This document shows positions 32,939 through 43,068 of a stretch of DNA of 64,000 nucleotides, in pieces; the first letter of the stretch is position 1, and each line of letters begins with the position of its first letter. The DNA lies in NCBI GenBank assembly GCA_938084645.1, contig CALKEP010000027.1, positions 1 to 64,000 on the forward strand, given 5' to 3'. The stretch comes from an uncultured Phycisphaerales bacterium (GTDB lineage Bacteria > Planctomycetota > Phycisphaerae > Phycisphaerales > SM1A02). Below the pieces are notes generated by a model. That model ran no database searches and was not told where the DNA came from. It was given only the letters and a program-made list of their open reading frames with translations. The position numbers were made by a program, and so were the translations under genes.

Positions 32939-33643
32939 TCAGCCGTTCCGTCGTCGTCGCCCGGCAAGGCCGGCGAGACCAAGGAGAGCCATGGCAGAGG
33001 GGGCCGGCACGTAACCGACGAAGTCCTGCCACTGTCCGTCAACGCTCTGGAAGATCACGAGGTTGTCGAGCATCTCGTCGGTTCCGAAGTCGAGCGATGC
33101 AAGCATCTGGTCGTAGTGGAACTGGACGTCCTCGTTGTATCCATAGAACTGAATCGCGCCTTCGGTGTTCGAGCTCTGGAGTTGGACGTCTTCGAGGATC
33201 CACGTCCCTGGGACGAAATCGTAGTTCTCTTCCATGATCTCATTGGTGATGAGCGCGAGAGCGGCACCCATTTCCTGATCATTCGAGGACTTCACTTCGT
33301 CGTACCACTGGTCGTAAAGGCTCGCGAGGAACCGGAATCGATCCTGAGTCTCCTGGCCGTAGCTGTCGTAACTGACGATTTCGTACGGGACCGGGGCTTC
33401 GCTCACCGGACCGTCGATATCCCAGCAGTAGCCCTCGTACTCGCCGCCGTTGAAGAGGCTGAGCCCCATGAGGCCATAGGCACCGCTCGCACGGGTGGGA
33501 GAATCCCAGTTCGCCGTGTCGTCATACGACCAGAATGCCTCTTGGTACTGGCTCATCCCGGTCCAAGCCAGGTCGACTTCCGCCATCGCTGCGGGTGACA
33601 TCACCACAGCTGCTGCAAGCGCAAATCCATTCGAAATTTTCAT
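32939..33643 (-). CDS. PEP-CTERM-like (VPAP) acidic surface protein
   Basis: AAGGAG RBS, signal peptide, C-terminus VPAPSAMALLGLAGLAGRRRRNG. Confidence 0.88.
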   Translation of the reverse strand: MKISNGFALAAAVVMSPAAMAEVDLAWTGMSQYQEAFWSYDDTANWDSPTRASGAYGLMGLSLFNGGEYEGYCWDIDGPVSEAPVPYEIVSYDSYGQETQDRFRFLASLYDQWYDEVKSSNDQEMGAALALITNEIMEENYDFVPGTWILEDVQLQSSNTEGAIQFYGYNEDVQFHYDQMLASLDFGTDEMLDNLVIFQSVDGQWQDFVGYVPAPSAMALLGLAGLAGRRRRNG

Positions 33644-34083
33644 CTCTGAATCTCCTTCAACTTTCGTCCTGACGGCGGGAAACCGTCCGAACCCTCGAAT
33701 CAGCCGGGAACTGGCCGATTCTTGCCGTCCGGGTGGGAAAACCCTTCGGGCTGGACGCTGCAGACACGCGGCGTACTCCACAAAGGTACAGGATCGAGAT
33801 TCCACTTCAAGTGTGAAGGTCCGAATTTTGAGCGATCTCATCGAAGCCTTGAATAAAGTGGACTTTATTTCATTAGGAGTCGCCAAGAGTAGATATTATC
33901 GGAATGCCGTTGGCTCTGATGTTCGATCGTGCGAATCAGGCGGTAGGGGTTGAGCCCCCTTTCGCGGGTACGGGTCGCTTGTTTCTCGGACATCGTTGCG
34001 GTGGCGTCGCCCCTCAGAGCCTCAAACGTGGCATCTGGTGTTCCCGACCGTGGAATCTGGCGATCGACGATTAGACTCGACGC

Positions 34084-37000
34084 GTGATCATTCCACGCGG
34101 CAACACCATTCCCAGGCTTGGATCCGCCTCGATTGCAACGGTGTTCGTCGTTCTGTCGGCGCTGTTCTGGCTGCAGCGCTCGAATGCCGCGACGGCCGGT
34201 CATCGGACCGTTGCGAACGTCGACTTTCGCGCGGATGTCCGCCCGATTCTGTCGCGGGCGTGCTTCGAGTGCCACGGCCCCGATGCGTCCGCTCGCCGCG
34301 CCGATCTGCGACTCGATCTTCGCGATGCGGGTCTTGATGGCGTGATCGTTCCGGGAGACGCGTCGGCAAGTCTTCTCTACGAACGTCTCGTCGCGGCGGA
34401 TCCCGCCGACCGCATGCCGCCACCGGACTCGCGACATCGCCTCGACGCCGAAGAGGTCGATGCGATTCGCCGTTGGATCGACGAAGGCGCGATCTGGGCC
34501 GACCACTGGTCGTTCGAGCCGCCTCGCGCGTCCACGGCCCCGATCTCTGGAGAAGACGGTTGGAGCCGGGACCTGATCGATCGATTCATTCGGCGAGGAT
34601 TCGATGCGAATGGACTGTCGCCGGCGGGATCCGCGACCAGGGAGCTGCTTCTTCGTCGGGTCACCTTCGATCTCACCGGACTGCCACCCACGCTGGAAGC
34701 GCAGGCGGACTTTCTCGCGGATGAACGGCCGGATGCCTACGAACACGTCGTCGATCGGCTTCTCGCGTCCTCCGCCTTCGGCGAGCGCATGGCGGTCGAC
34801 TGGCTCGATCTCGCTCGATATGCGGATACCTACGGTTATCAGAGCGACGTCGATCGGGCGGTGTGGCCCTACCGGGACTGGGTGATCGACGCCTTCAATC
34901 GAAATCTCCCCTACGACGATTTCGCGGTGTGGCAGCTTGCCGGCGACCTTCTGCCCGAGCCCACTCGGGAGCAACGACTGGCGACCGCGTTCAACCGGCT
35001 CCATCGCCAGACCAACGAGGGGGGGAGCGTCGAGGAGGAGTTCCGGGTCGAGTACGTGGCGGATCGGGTCCACACCTTCGGAACCACCTTTCTCGGGCTG
35101 ACCACCGAGTGTGCCCGGTGTCACACCCACAAGTTCGACCCGATCACGCACGACGAGTACTACGGGCTCTTCGCCTTCTTCGACGACATCGACGAGTCGG
35201 GGCTGTATTCGCACTTCACCAACGCGACGCCCACCCCCACGCTGCTTCTGGATCCACCGGATGCGACGACCCGGATCGCGGAGCTGCGAAGGGCCATCGC
35301 CGCCACCGAGGCGTCGCTCGACACCGTGACGGATGATGACCGCGCCGCGTTCGACGCCTGGTTCGAGACCCGGTCGGATCGAGCCCTCGCATCGCTGGAC
35401 ATCCCGGGACTGGTCGGGGACTTTCCGCTGGATGCGATCGTCGACGGTGGTCTGGAGAACTCGGTCGACGCCGAACTTTCCGGTCGCGTGGCCGGTGCCC
35501 CGATCATCGTCGACGGTGCGATCGGTTCCGGAATTCGGCTCGACGGTGAGAACAACCTTCATTTCCCGGGCATCGCGGCCTTCAGCCGATTCGAGCCCTT
35601 CTCCATCGCCCTCTGGATCCGGATCGAACGAACCGTCGATCGGGCGGTGGTCCTGCATCGCTCCCGGGCCTGGACGGATGCGGGAAGCCAGGGCTACCAG
35701 TTCCTGCTGGAGTCGGGACGGCCGAGCTGGTCCTTGATCCACTTCTGGCCCGGCAACGCGATCTCGATCCGCGGATCGGCGGCGCTTCCCGAAGGACGCT
35801 GGATCCAGATCGGACTGGTCTACGACGGTTCCTCCCGTGCGGACGGCCTGGGGCTCTTCGTGGATGGCTCGCCGGTCGAGGTCGACGTGATTCGCGACCG
35901 ACTCACGAAGTCCATCACCGGTGGGGGGCCGGGTGCGATGACCATCGGGCAGCGGTTCCGGGATCGCGGGTTCAAGGGCGGTTCGGTGGATCACCTGCAG
36001 GTCTTCGACCGCGCGCTCACACCGATCGAATGGCGGGCCCTGCATGGTGGCTCCACCCTGGACCAACCGGACGCTTCCGACCGCGACGCCTGGTACGCCT
36101 ATCACCGAGCGACTCGAAATCCCGCGCGAGACGCGATGCAGGAGGCGCTTCGCGGACATCGGCGGGAACTCGCGGCCCTGCTCGACCGGACACCCGAGAT
36201 CATGGTGATGGAGGATTTCGAACCGCCGAGGGAGGCCCGGGTGCTGGAGCGGGGGCGATACGACCGGCCCCTGCACGTCGTCGAGCCCGGCGTGCCGGCG
36301 AGTCTGGGTGGATTCCCCGATGGGCTTCCGCGCAATCGACTCGGGCTCGCGCGTTGGCTGGTCGATCCCGGGAATCCCCTCGCCGCCCGCGTCGCGGTGA
36401 ACCGGCTCTGGATGATCGTCTTCGGGCGAGGGCTCGTGGCGACCCCCGAGGATTTCGGTGCCCAGGGTGAGCCGCCCTCGCATCCGGAACTCCTCGACCG
36501 GCTGGCGATCGACTTCATCGAGTCGGGATGGGACGTCAAGGCGATGTTGCGTCGGCTCGTGCTGACGTCGACGTACCGGCAGTCCTCCATGGGTTCCGAG
36601 GCCGCGAAGGCGATCGATCCGGAAAATCGCTGGTACGCCCGGGGTCCGTCCGGTCGACTGACCGCGGAGATGATCCGTGACCAGGCGCTCGCCGCGAGCG
36701 GGCTGCTGGTACCGGACGTGGGTGGGCCGAGCGTGCACCCGTACCAGCCCGCGGGACTCTGGCAGGAGAAGAGCGGACGGACGTATCCGCAGGGATCCGG
36801 CGAAGCACTTCACCGCCGGAGCATGTACACGTTCTGGAAACGAACCTCGCCACCGCCTTCGATGATGATCTTCGATTCGGCGAAGCGTGATGTCTGCCTG
36901 GCCCGTCGTGGTTCGACCTCCACGCCGCTGCAGGCGCTGGTGCTCCTCAACGACGTCCAGTTCATGGAGGCCGCCCGCGTGCTGGCGGAGCGGGTGATCG

Positions 37001-37269
37001 CGGCGCATCCGGATGATGCGACCGCCGGGATCGCCGACGCATTCCGTCGTTTGACGGGGCGGTCGCCGCGGCGGGATGAGGCGATCTCACTCGGCGAGAT
37101 GTGGGCGGAGGAGCGTGCCGCCTTCGCAGCGGATCCCGACGCCGCGGGAATGGTGGCGGCCACGGGTGATTCGCCCGCTCGTCCCGGACTCGATGCCGTC
37201 GAGGTCGCGACGATGACCCTCATCTGCTCCACCATCATGAACACCGATGCGTCGGTGACGAGAAGATGA
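34084..37269 (+). CDS. Planctomycete cytochrome c / DUF1549 / LamG / DUF1553 protein
   Basis: CFECHGPD, CARCHTHKFDP, LamG-like insert (FSIALW...WIQIGLVYDG...GSVDHLQVFDRAL), TSTPLQAL. Confidence 0.9.
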   Translation: MIIPRGNTIPRLGSASIATVFVVLSALFWLQRSNAATAGHRTVANVDFRADVRPILSRACFECHGPDASARRADLRLDLRDAGLDGVIVPGDASASLLYERLVAADPADRMPPPDSRHRLDAEEVDAIRRWIDEGAIWADHWSFEPPRASTAPISGEDGWSRDLIDRFIRRGFDANGLSPAGSATRELLLRRVTFDLTGLPPTLEAQADFLADERPDAYEHVVDRLLASSAFGERMAVDWLDLARYADTYGYQSDVDRAVWPYRDWVIDAFNRNLPYDDFAVWQLAGDLLPEPTREQRLATAFNRLHRQTNEGGSVEEEFRVEYVADRVHTFGTTFLGLTTECARCHTHKFDPITHDEYYGLFAFFDDIDESGLYSHFTNATPTPTLLLDPPDATTRIAELRRAIAATEASLDTVTDDDRAAFDAWFETRSDRALASLDIPGLVGDFPLDAIVDGGLENSVDAELSGRVAGAPIIVDGAIGSGIRLDGENNLHFPGIAAFSRFEPFSIALWIRIERTVDRAVVLHRSRAWTDAGSQGYQFLLESGRPSWSLIHFWPGNAISIRGSAALPEGRWIQIGLVYDGSSRADGLGLFVDGSPVEVDVIRDRLTKSITGGGPGAMTIGQRFRDRGFKGGSVDHLQVFDRALTPIEWRALHGGSTLDQPDASDRDAWYAYHRATRNPARDAMQEALRGHRRELAALLDRTPEIMVMEDFEPPREARVLERGRYDRPLHVVEPGVPASLGGFPDGLPRNRLGLARWLVDPGNPLAARVAVNRLWMIVFGRGLVATPEDFGAQGEPPSHPELLDRLAIDFIESGWDVKAMLRRLVLTSTYRQSSMGSEAAKAIDPENRWYARGPSGRLTAEMIRDQALAASGLLVPDVGGPSVHPYQPAGLWQEKSGRTYPQGSGEALHRRSMYTFWKRTSPPPSMMIFDSAKRDVCLARRGSTSTPLQALVLLNDVQFMEAARVLAERVIAAHPDDATAGIADAFRRLTGRSPRRDEAISLGEMWAEERAAFAADPDAAGMVAATGDSPARPGLDAVEVATMTLICSTIMNTDASVTRR

Positions 37270-37272
37270 GAG

Positions 37273-38730
37273 ATGCATGACGCCATGAGGACACCTGAAG
37301 CGGACATCCTGCAGCAGACGCGACGTCACTTCCTCTCCCGTGCCTCCGCGGGGGTGGGCGCGATGGCGCTGGCCTCGCTCGGGTACGGCCGGGTGGGTCC
37401 GGCGGACGAGGCGGCACGTTCCATCGCCCGCATGGCGCCGCACTTCGCGCCGCGGGCGAAGCGGATCATCTATCTCTTCCAGAGCGGGGGGCCGTCGCAG
37501 CTCGATCTCTTCGACCACAAGCCGGCGCTTCAGGACCGCAACGGCGAGGAACTGCCCGAATCGGTCCGGCAGGGGCAGCGGCTCACCGGAATGTCGGGCA
37601 ATCAGGCGACGCTGCCGATGGCCGGCGCGCAGTTCAAGTTTGAGCGGCACGGTGAATGCGGGATGTGGGTGAGCGAACTCCTGCCTCGGACCGCGGCGAT
37701 CGTCGACGACCTCTGCTTCATTCGATCGATGCAGACCGAGGCGATCAACCACGATCCCGCGATCACCTTCCTGCAGACCGGGTCGGAGCTCGCGGGGCGA
37801 CCGTCGATGGGGGCGTGGGTCAGCTACGGCCTCGGTACCGAGAACCGGGATCTGCCGGCGTTCGTCGTGCTGGTGACCAAGGACAAGGGTGGGCAGCCGC
37901 TCTACTCGCGGCTCTGGGGAAGCGGCTTCCTCGAGAGTCGACTCCAGGGCGTGCAGATGCGGGCGGGTCGGGATCCGGTCCTCTATCTCGCGAACCCCGA
38001 GGGCGTCGACCGTGCTCGTCGGCGGCGGATGCTGGATCGCATCGCCGGGCTCGACGCGTCCCAGCACGCGCAGTCGCAGGATCCCGAGATCCACTCCCGA
38101 CTGGCCCAGTACGAGCTGGCCTACCGCATGCAGATGTCGGTTCCCGAAGTCACCGATCTCGCGGAGGAGCCCGACGCGACCTTCGAACTCTACGGCGAGG
38201 ATGCCCGGGTTCCGGGCACCTACGCCGCCAACTGCCTGCTCGCGCGTCGGCTCGCCGAGCGCGACGTGCGATTCATCCAGCTCTATCACCAGGGCTGGGA
38301 CCAGCACGGCGGCCTCCCCGCGGGGATCCGCGTGCAGGCGCGGGAGACGGATCAGGCATCGGCGGCCCTGGTCACGGATCTCAAGCGTCGCGGCCTGCTG
38401 GAGGACACGCTGGTCGTGTGGGGTGGGGAGTTCGGTCGCACGAACTACTCGCAAGGCGCGCTGACCCCGACCGACTACGGGCGTGATCATCACCCCCGCT
38501 GTTTCACGATGTGGATGGCGGGGGGCGGCGTCAAGCCCGGTGTGGTCCACGGTCGCACGGACGAGCTGGGGTACAACGTGGTCGAGAACCCGGTGCACGT
38601 CCACGACCTGCAGGCGACGCTGCTGCACCAGATGGGGCTCGATCACGAGCGACTCACGCATCATCACCAGGGCCGCGACTTCCGGCTCACCGACGTCCAC
38701 GGCCGGGTCGTTCGCGACCTGCTGGTCTGA
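37273..38730 (+). CDS. DUF1501 domain protein (Tat-exported)
   Basis: TRRHFL, GGPSQLDLFDHKP, GWDQH, GEFGRT, GRDHHP. Confidence 0.92.
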   Translation: MHDAMRTPEADILQQTRRHFLSRASAGVGAMALASLGYGRVGPADEAARSIARMAPHFAPRAKRIIYLFQSGGPSQLDLFDHKPALQDRNGEELPESVRQGQRLTGMSGNQATLPMAGAQFKFERHGECGMWVSELLPRTAAIVDDLCFIRSMQTEAINHDPAITFLQTGSELAGRPSMGAWVSYGLGTENRDLPAFVVLVTKDKGGQPLYSRLWGSGFLESRLQGVQMRAGRDPVLYLANPEGVDRARRRRMLDRIAGLDASQHAQSQDPEIHSRLAQYELAYRMQMSVPEVTDLAEEPDATFELYGEDARVPGTYAANCLLARRLAERDVRFIQLYHQGWDQHGGLPAGIRVQARETDQASAALVTDLKRRGLLEDTLVVWGGEFGRTNYSQGALTPTDYGRDHHPRCFTMWMAGGGVKPGVVHGRTDELGYNVVENPVHVHDLQATLLHQMGLDHERLTHHHQGRDFRLTDVHGRVVRDLLV

Positions 38731-38771
38731 GCCGGGGCGCAGCGGGCGTTCACTCGACGTACCGTGACTGC

Positions 38772-40064
38772 ATGACACGTCTACTTCGTTCGATTCCGTT
38801 CCTCGCCGTGCTCCTCGCGGGCGTCGTCGCGATTCCGGCGGTGGATGCCGGCATCGATTCGGTCTCGACCACCGAAGTCGTCGAGACCTCCGGGCCGGTC
38901 CTCGGTGATCTGACCGCGACGTCGGTGCGGATCGCCTGTCGACGCGCCGAGCCCGGCGTGGTGGTCATCGGACTCGCGGATTCCTCGGGGACGCCGGTTC
39001 GTCGATGCCTGCTGGCCTGCCCTGCGGAGACGGACGGCGCCGGGATCCTCGAAATCGTCGATCTCGAGCCGGCGACCCGCTACCTCTATACGGTGGATGG
39101 TGCGTCGAACGATTCATGGTGGTTCGAGACGCGACCCGTCCCGGACGCGAGGTGTCGAATCGTCTTCGGCTCCTGCGCCGACGAGAAGGCGGGATCCTCG
39201 ACGGTCTGGCGACGGATCGAGGCGGACGATCCGTCGGCACTCGTCCTTCTGGGTGACACGCCCTACATCGACACCACGGATCTCGTGCGGCAGCGATCCC
39301 GGTATCGCGACTTCGCCGGCGTTCCCGCCTTCGCGGATCTCGTCGCCCACGTCCCGCTCTACTCGACCTGGGACGACCACGACTTCGGTCGGAACGACAC
39401 CGATGGCAATCTGGCGGGCAAGGAGAACAGTCGTCGTGCGGTGATGGAGCACCGGCCGAATCCGAGCTTCGGGGAAGCCGGCGAAGGCATCTACACGAGC
39501 TTTCGCCAGGGGCCGGTCGAGGTCTTCCTGCTCGACGCGCGGTGGTTCGCGCGAACCGAGGGCGAATCGGACGATCCGACGTTGCTCGGTCGTCGGCAGT
39601 GGGCATGGCTGGAGCGTTCGCTCGCGGCCTCCACCGCCCCGTTCCGGATTCTCGCGTGCGGAATGGTCTTCAACGGATCGGTTCGACCCTTCAAGACCGA
39701 CTGCTGGGGTGCCTATCCGAAGGAGTACGACCGGCTCGTCGAACTGATCGGGCGGGTCGGGGACGCGGGCGTGGTCCTCGTGAGCGGCGACGTCCACTGG
39801 TCGCGGGTCATTCGTCACGACACCGGCGACCGGCTCGATCACGACCTGATGGAGTTCGTCACCAGTCCGATCCACGAGAAGCTGATCGCCGCCGCGAATC
39901 CACCGCACCCTGGCCTGGTGTTCAGCGTCGGCGAGATCAACAGTTTTCTGGTGGTCGATGCCGCGGTCGAGGGCGGCACGGCATCGATGTCGCTCCGCAT
40001 TCGCAACGCCTCGGGTGAGGACCTTCACACGACCCGGGTCCAACGGTCGCCCGCGGATCCTTGA
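38772..40064 (+). CDS. Alkaline phosphatase D (PhoD-like) family protein
   Basis: FGSC, LLGDTPY, TWDDHD, LLDAR, SGDVH. Confidence 0.88.
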   Translation: MTRLLRSIPFLAVLLAGVVAIPAVDAGIDSVSTTEVVETSGPVLGDLTATSVRIACRRAEPGVVVIGLADSSGTPVRRCLLACPAETDGAGILEIVDLEPATRYLYTVDGASNDSWWFETRPVPDARCRIVFGSCADEKAGSSTVWRRIEADDPSALVLLGDTPYIDTTDLVRQRSRYRDFAGVPAFADLVAHVPLYSTWDDHDFGRNDTDGNLAGKENSRRAVMEHRPNPSFGEAGEGIYTSFRQGPVEVFLLDARWFARTEGESDDPTLLGRRQWAWLERSLAASTAPFRILACGMVFNGSVRPFKTDCWGAYPKEYDRLVELIGRVGDAGVVLVSGDVHWSRVIRHDTGDRLDHDLMEFVTSPIHEKLIAAANPPHPGLVFSVGEINSFLVVDAAVEGGTASMSLRIRNASGEDLHTTRVQRSPADP

Positions 40065-40097
40065 GTCCGTCGTGGCGACGTCGGTGCCACCGTCGGG

Positions 40098-40907
40098 TCA
40101 GCCGGTCTTCCGACGCTGGGCGATCGGCAGGGGCTTCGGCCGGACGAAGATCAGGGTGTCGGCCGTGCTTTCGTCCGCCAGCGAGTAGCCTTCGGCGTCG
40201 AACTTGCGAAGCGCGGCGATCGTCTTCGGTCGGTGATCCGCCATCCAGCGAGCCATCAGGCCGCGGGACTGCTTTGCGTAGAACGACATGAACTTCGCCT
40301 TGCCGCCGTCGAGCTGGAGGAACTTCGTCGAGATGATCGGAACGCCGAGCGTCTCGAGTCGGGCGGCCTTCGCGTATTCGTCGCTGGCGAGGTTCACGAG
40401 CGTCTCGGAACCGTTGTCGGCCATGTCCTTCTTCAACGCCTTGCCGATCCGGTCGCCCCAGAAGTCATAGAGATTCGAGGCGGCCTCGGTCTTCAGCCGG
40501 GTTCCCATCTCGAGTCGATACGGTTGGATTCGATCCAGCGGCCGCAGCAGTCCGTAGAGGCCGCTCAGGATGCGGACGTGATCCTGCGCCCAGGCGAGGG
40601 CGCCTTTCTTCATCGTCCATGCCTCGAGGCCCTGGTACACGTCGCCTCGAAAGCACAACGCCGCCGGGCCACGCGGATTCCCGCGCGTGCCGAACGACTG
40701 CCAGCGATCGTGGTTCAGGGCCGCGAGCGGTTTCGAGATCGACATCATCCGCTCGAGCTGCGGCGCGGTGTGGGCTTCGAGCGTCTCGGCGAGCGCCCGG
40801 GTCTGCGTCGCGAACCGCGGCGTGCTCGGTTCGAGTCCCCCGGGGATCGGAGGGGCGTCCATCTCGAGCGACTTGGCGGGCGACAGTACGGCGGTGAATC
40901 CTGGCAT
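40098..40907 (-). CDS. yaaA: YaaA peroxide stress protein (UPF0246)
   Basis: LSPAKSL, FRGDVYQGL, ILSGLYGLLRPLD...YRLEMGT, NLASDEY. Confidence 0.92.
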   Translation of the reverse strand: MPGFTAVLSPAKSLEMDAPPIPGGLEPSTPRFATQTRALAETLEAHTAPQLERMMSISKPLAALNHDRWQSFGTRGNPRGPAALCFRGDVYQGLEAWTMKKGALAWAQDHVRILSGLYGLLRPLDRIQPYRLEMGTRLKTEAASNLYDFWGDRIGKALKKDMADNGSETLVNLASDEYAKAARLETLGVPIISTKFLQLDGGKAKFMSFYAKQSRGLMARWMADHRPKTIAALRKFDAEGYSLADESTADTLIFVRPKPLPIAQRRKTG

Positions 40908-40966
40908 GGCGACACTTTAGCGCGTTCGGAGGCGAATCGCCCGAGTGGTCGGGAGCACGGGTCGAC

Positions 40967-42073
40967 TCAACGATCGATGTCGACCACCGGGTCTCCGAGG
41001 ATTTCCATCCGAGGTTCGATCCCGAGGCCCGGGCCGGTCGGGGCCGACATCCGGCCGTCCCGCCGCTGCGGCGCCCCCTCGGCGGTCGAGACCGTGACGT
41101 AGGAGTTGAAGTCCGTGGCCGTGAAGAGGAGATCGGTCGGGGTGCTGTGGGCGAGGTGGGCGATCGCCGCGGTGACGACGTCGCTTCCCCAGGCATCCTC
41201 GATGGTCATCGCGATGCCGCGGGCGACGCAGAGATCCCGGGCCTGTCGGGCCCTGGTGAGTCCGCCGAACTTTCCGATCTTGATGTTCACGACGTCCATC
41301 GCGTCGTCTCGAAGCGCCCGGACCAGGCTGTCGAGGTCCTCGATCGACTCGTCCATCACGAAGGGGTGGCTGGTCCGGCGACGGATCGAGAGGCACTCCT
41401 CGTAGGTCCGGCATGGCTGCTCGATGTAGACGTCGCGACCCTCGACCGCACGCACCACCCGAGCCGCCTCGTGGGGGAGCCAGCCGGTGTTCGCATCGGC
41501 GACCAGGATGTCGCCCGGTTCGACCGCGTCCGCGCAGGCATGGATGCGGGCGATGTCCGTCTCCACGTCGCTTCCGACCTTCAGCTGGAATCGGCGGTAT
41601 CCCTCGTCCCGGTACCCTCGGAGGTTCGCGGCCATCTCGGCCGGCTCGCGTTTGGAGATCGCGCGATAGAGGACGAAGTCATCGCCGTTGCGGCCCCCGA
41701 GGAGGGTGGCGAGCGGCAGTCCGGCGTCCTTTCCGAGCAGATCCCAGCACGCCATGTCGATGGCGCTCTTCACGTAGGGATGTCCCTTGAGGCGGGCATC
41801 CATCGCCCGACCGATCACGTCCGTCTCCCGGGGGTCGAGGCCGATCAACGCCGGCGCCACCTCGGCGATGCCGGTGCGCGCGCCGGTCGCGTAGGACGGG
41901 AGATAGACCGGACCGAGCGGCGTCACTTCGCCGACCCCCGCCAGTCCGGTGTCGGTCTCGATGCGGACGATCGTCGCATCGAAGACGTCGACCGACTTTC
42001 CGCCCGACCAGCTGTACCGCCCCTCGTGAAGCGGGAGGTCGACCTGATGAACGAGGATGCGGGTGATCTTCAT
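40967..42073 (-). CDS. Enolase-superfamily enzyme, cis-3-hydroxy-L-proline dehydratase-like
   Basis: QVDLPLHEGRYSWS, YLPSYA, QLKVG (KxK-type), DAN, EQPC, MDE, NIK. Confidence 0.8.
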   Translation of the reverse strand: MKITRILVHQVDLPLHEGRYSWSGGKSVDVFDATIVRIETDTGLAGVGEVTPLGPVYLPSYATGARTGIAEVAPALIGLDPRETDVIGRAMDARLKGHPYVKSAIDMACWDLLGKDAGLPLATLLGGRNGDDFVLYRAISKREPAEMAANLRGYRDEGYRRFQLKVGSDVETDIARIHACADAVEPGDILVADANTGWLPHEAARVVRAVEGRDVYIEQPCRTYEECLSIRRRTSHPFVMDESIEDLDSLVRALRDDAMDVVNIKIGKFGGLTRARQARDLCVARGIAMTIEDAWGSDVVTAAIAHLAHSTPTDLLFTATDFNSYVTVSTAEGAPQRRDGRMSAPTGPGLGIEPRMEILGDPVVDIDR

Positions 42074-42225
42074 GAGAGGGGACTCGCTCGGCATGTGGAC
42101 GGGGCTTCCGTTTCGGAGTGCCTTCCGTTGCACCAACGACGGACCTCGCGATAGCGTACCTTCGCCGCGGTCCGATTCGGTGTGAATCGGCGACCCCGTC
42201 GTTCATCCGCCCTGGGGATCCGTTC

Positions 42226-43029
42226 GTGACCACCATTCAGATCATCGCGATCATCGTGATCTTCATCGTCGGGGGTGGGGGAGCGGTGCTTCCGCTGGTG
42301 ATGCGGACCCGGGTCTCGGCCGGCGCGATGTCGCGGGGAAACGCGTTCGCGGGCGGCGTCCTGCTGGCGGCGGGTCTGATCCACCTGCTGGGCGACGCGG
42401 TGGGTGACTTCGCGGAGATCCACCCCGATCTCGACTATCCGATCGCCTACGCGATCGCGACCGCCGCGTTCCTGCTGGTCCTGGCGGTCGAGCGGGTCGT
42501 GCCGAGGGCCGGCTCGGTGGAGGGGATCTCGACCGGAGACCCGGAGGCCGATGCGTTCGTCAATGCGGCATCCGGATCCACCGCGACGCCGTACCTGCTC
42601 CTGGTGACGCTTTCGATTCACTCCCTGATCGCCGGCGTGGCGTTGGGGACCGACGAGGCACAGTCGTCGTTCCTCGTGCTGCTGATCGCGATCCTCGCAC
42701 ACAAGGGATCCGCGGGCTTCGCGCTCGGCACCACCTTCCAGCGAGCCGGCGTGCCCTTTCGTCGGGCCTTGCCGGCGCTGCTGATCTTCGCCGCTTCGAC
42801 GAGCACCGGTGTCCTGCTCGGGCTCTTCGCGGATCTGGCGTTCGACGCGGGGAGCATGCACGTCGTGACGGCCTGGTTCAAGGCGATCGCGGCGGGGACC
42901 TTCATCTACATCGCGGCCCTCGACATCGTCCGGGAGGAGTTCTTCCCGGTCGAGGCGGATCGTCACGGGCGGTACGCATGTGCGTTCGTCGGCGCCGCCG
43001 TCATGGCACTGGTCGCGATCTGGATGTGA
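42226..43029 (+). CDS. ZIP family metal (Zn/Fe) transporter
   Basis: AGGVLLAAGLIHLL, LSIHSLIAGVALG, AHKG, AGTFIYI. Confidence 0.88.
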   Translation: MTTIQIIAIIVIFIVGGGGAVLPLVMRTRVSAGAMSRGNAFAGGVLLAAGLIHLLGDAVGDFAEIHPDLDYPIAYAIATAAFLLVLAVERVVPRAGSVEGISTGDPEADAFVNAASGSTATPYLLLVTLSIHSLIAGVALGTDEAQSSFLVLLIAILAHKGSAGFALGTTFQRAGVPFRRALPALLIFAASTSTGVLLGLFADLAFDAGSMHVVTAWFKAIAAGTFIYIAALDIVREEFFPVEADRHGRYACAFVGAAVMALVAIWM

Positions 43030-43031
43030 CG
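42931..43031 (+). repeat. Direct repeat copy 1 (3' end of ZIP gene)
   Basis: 101 bp; 4 mismatches versus 45294-45394. Confidence 0.92.
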
Positions 43032-43068
43032 CGGCAGGCGGGCACGACCTGCGAAGGTGGCGTCGTGG

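Noticed and set aside
33865..37008. 1047-aa minus-strand ORF, and similar long ORFs such as 412-1557, 9697-11415, 22211-24076, 25638-27773 and 60619-62184
   Set aside because: Stop-poor antisense frames typical of high-GC genes; each overlaps a motif-rich gene on the opposite strand
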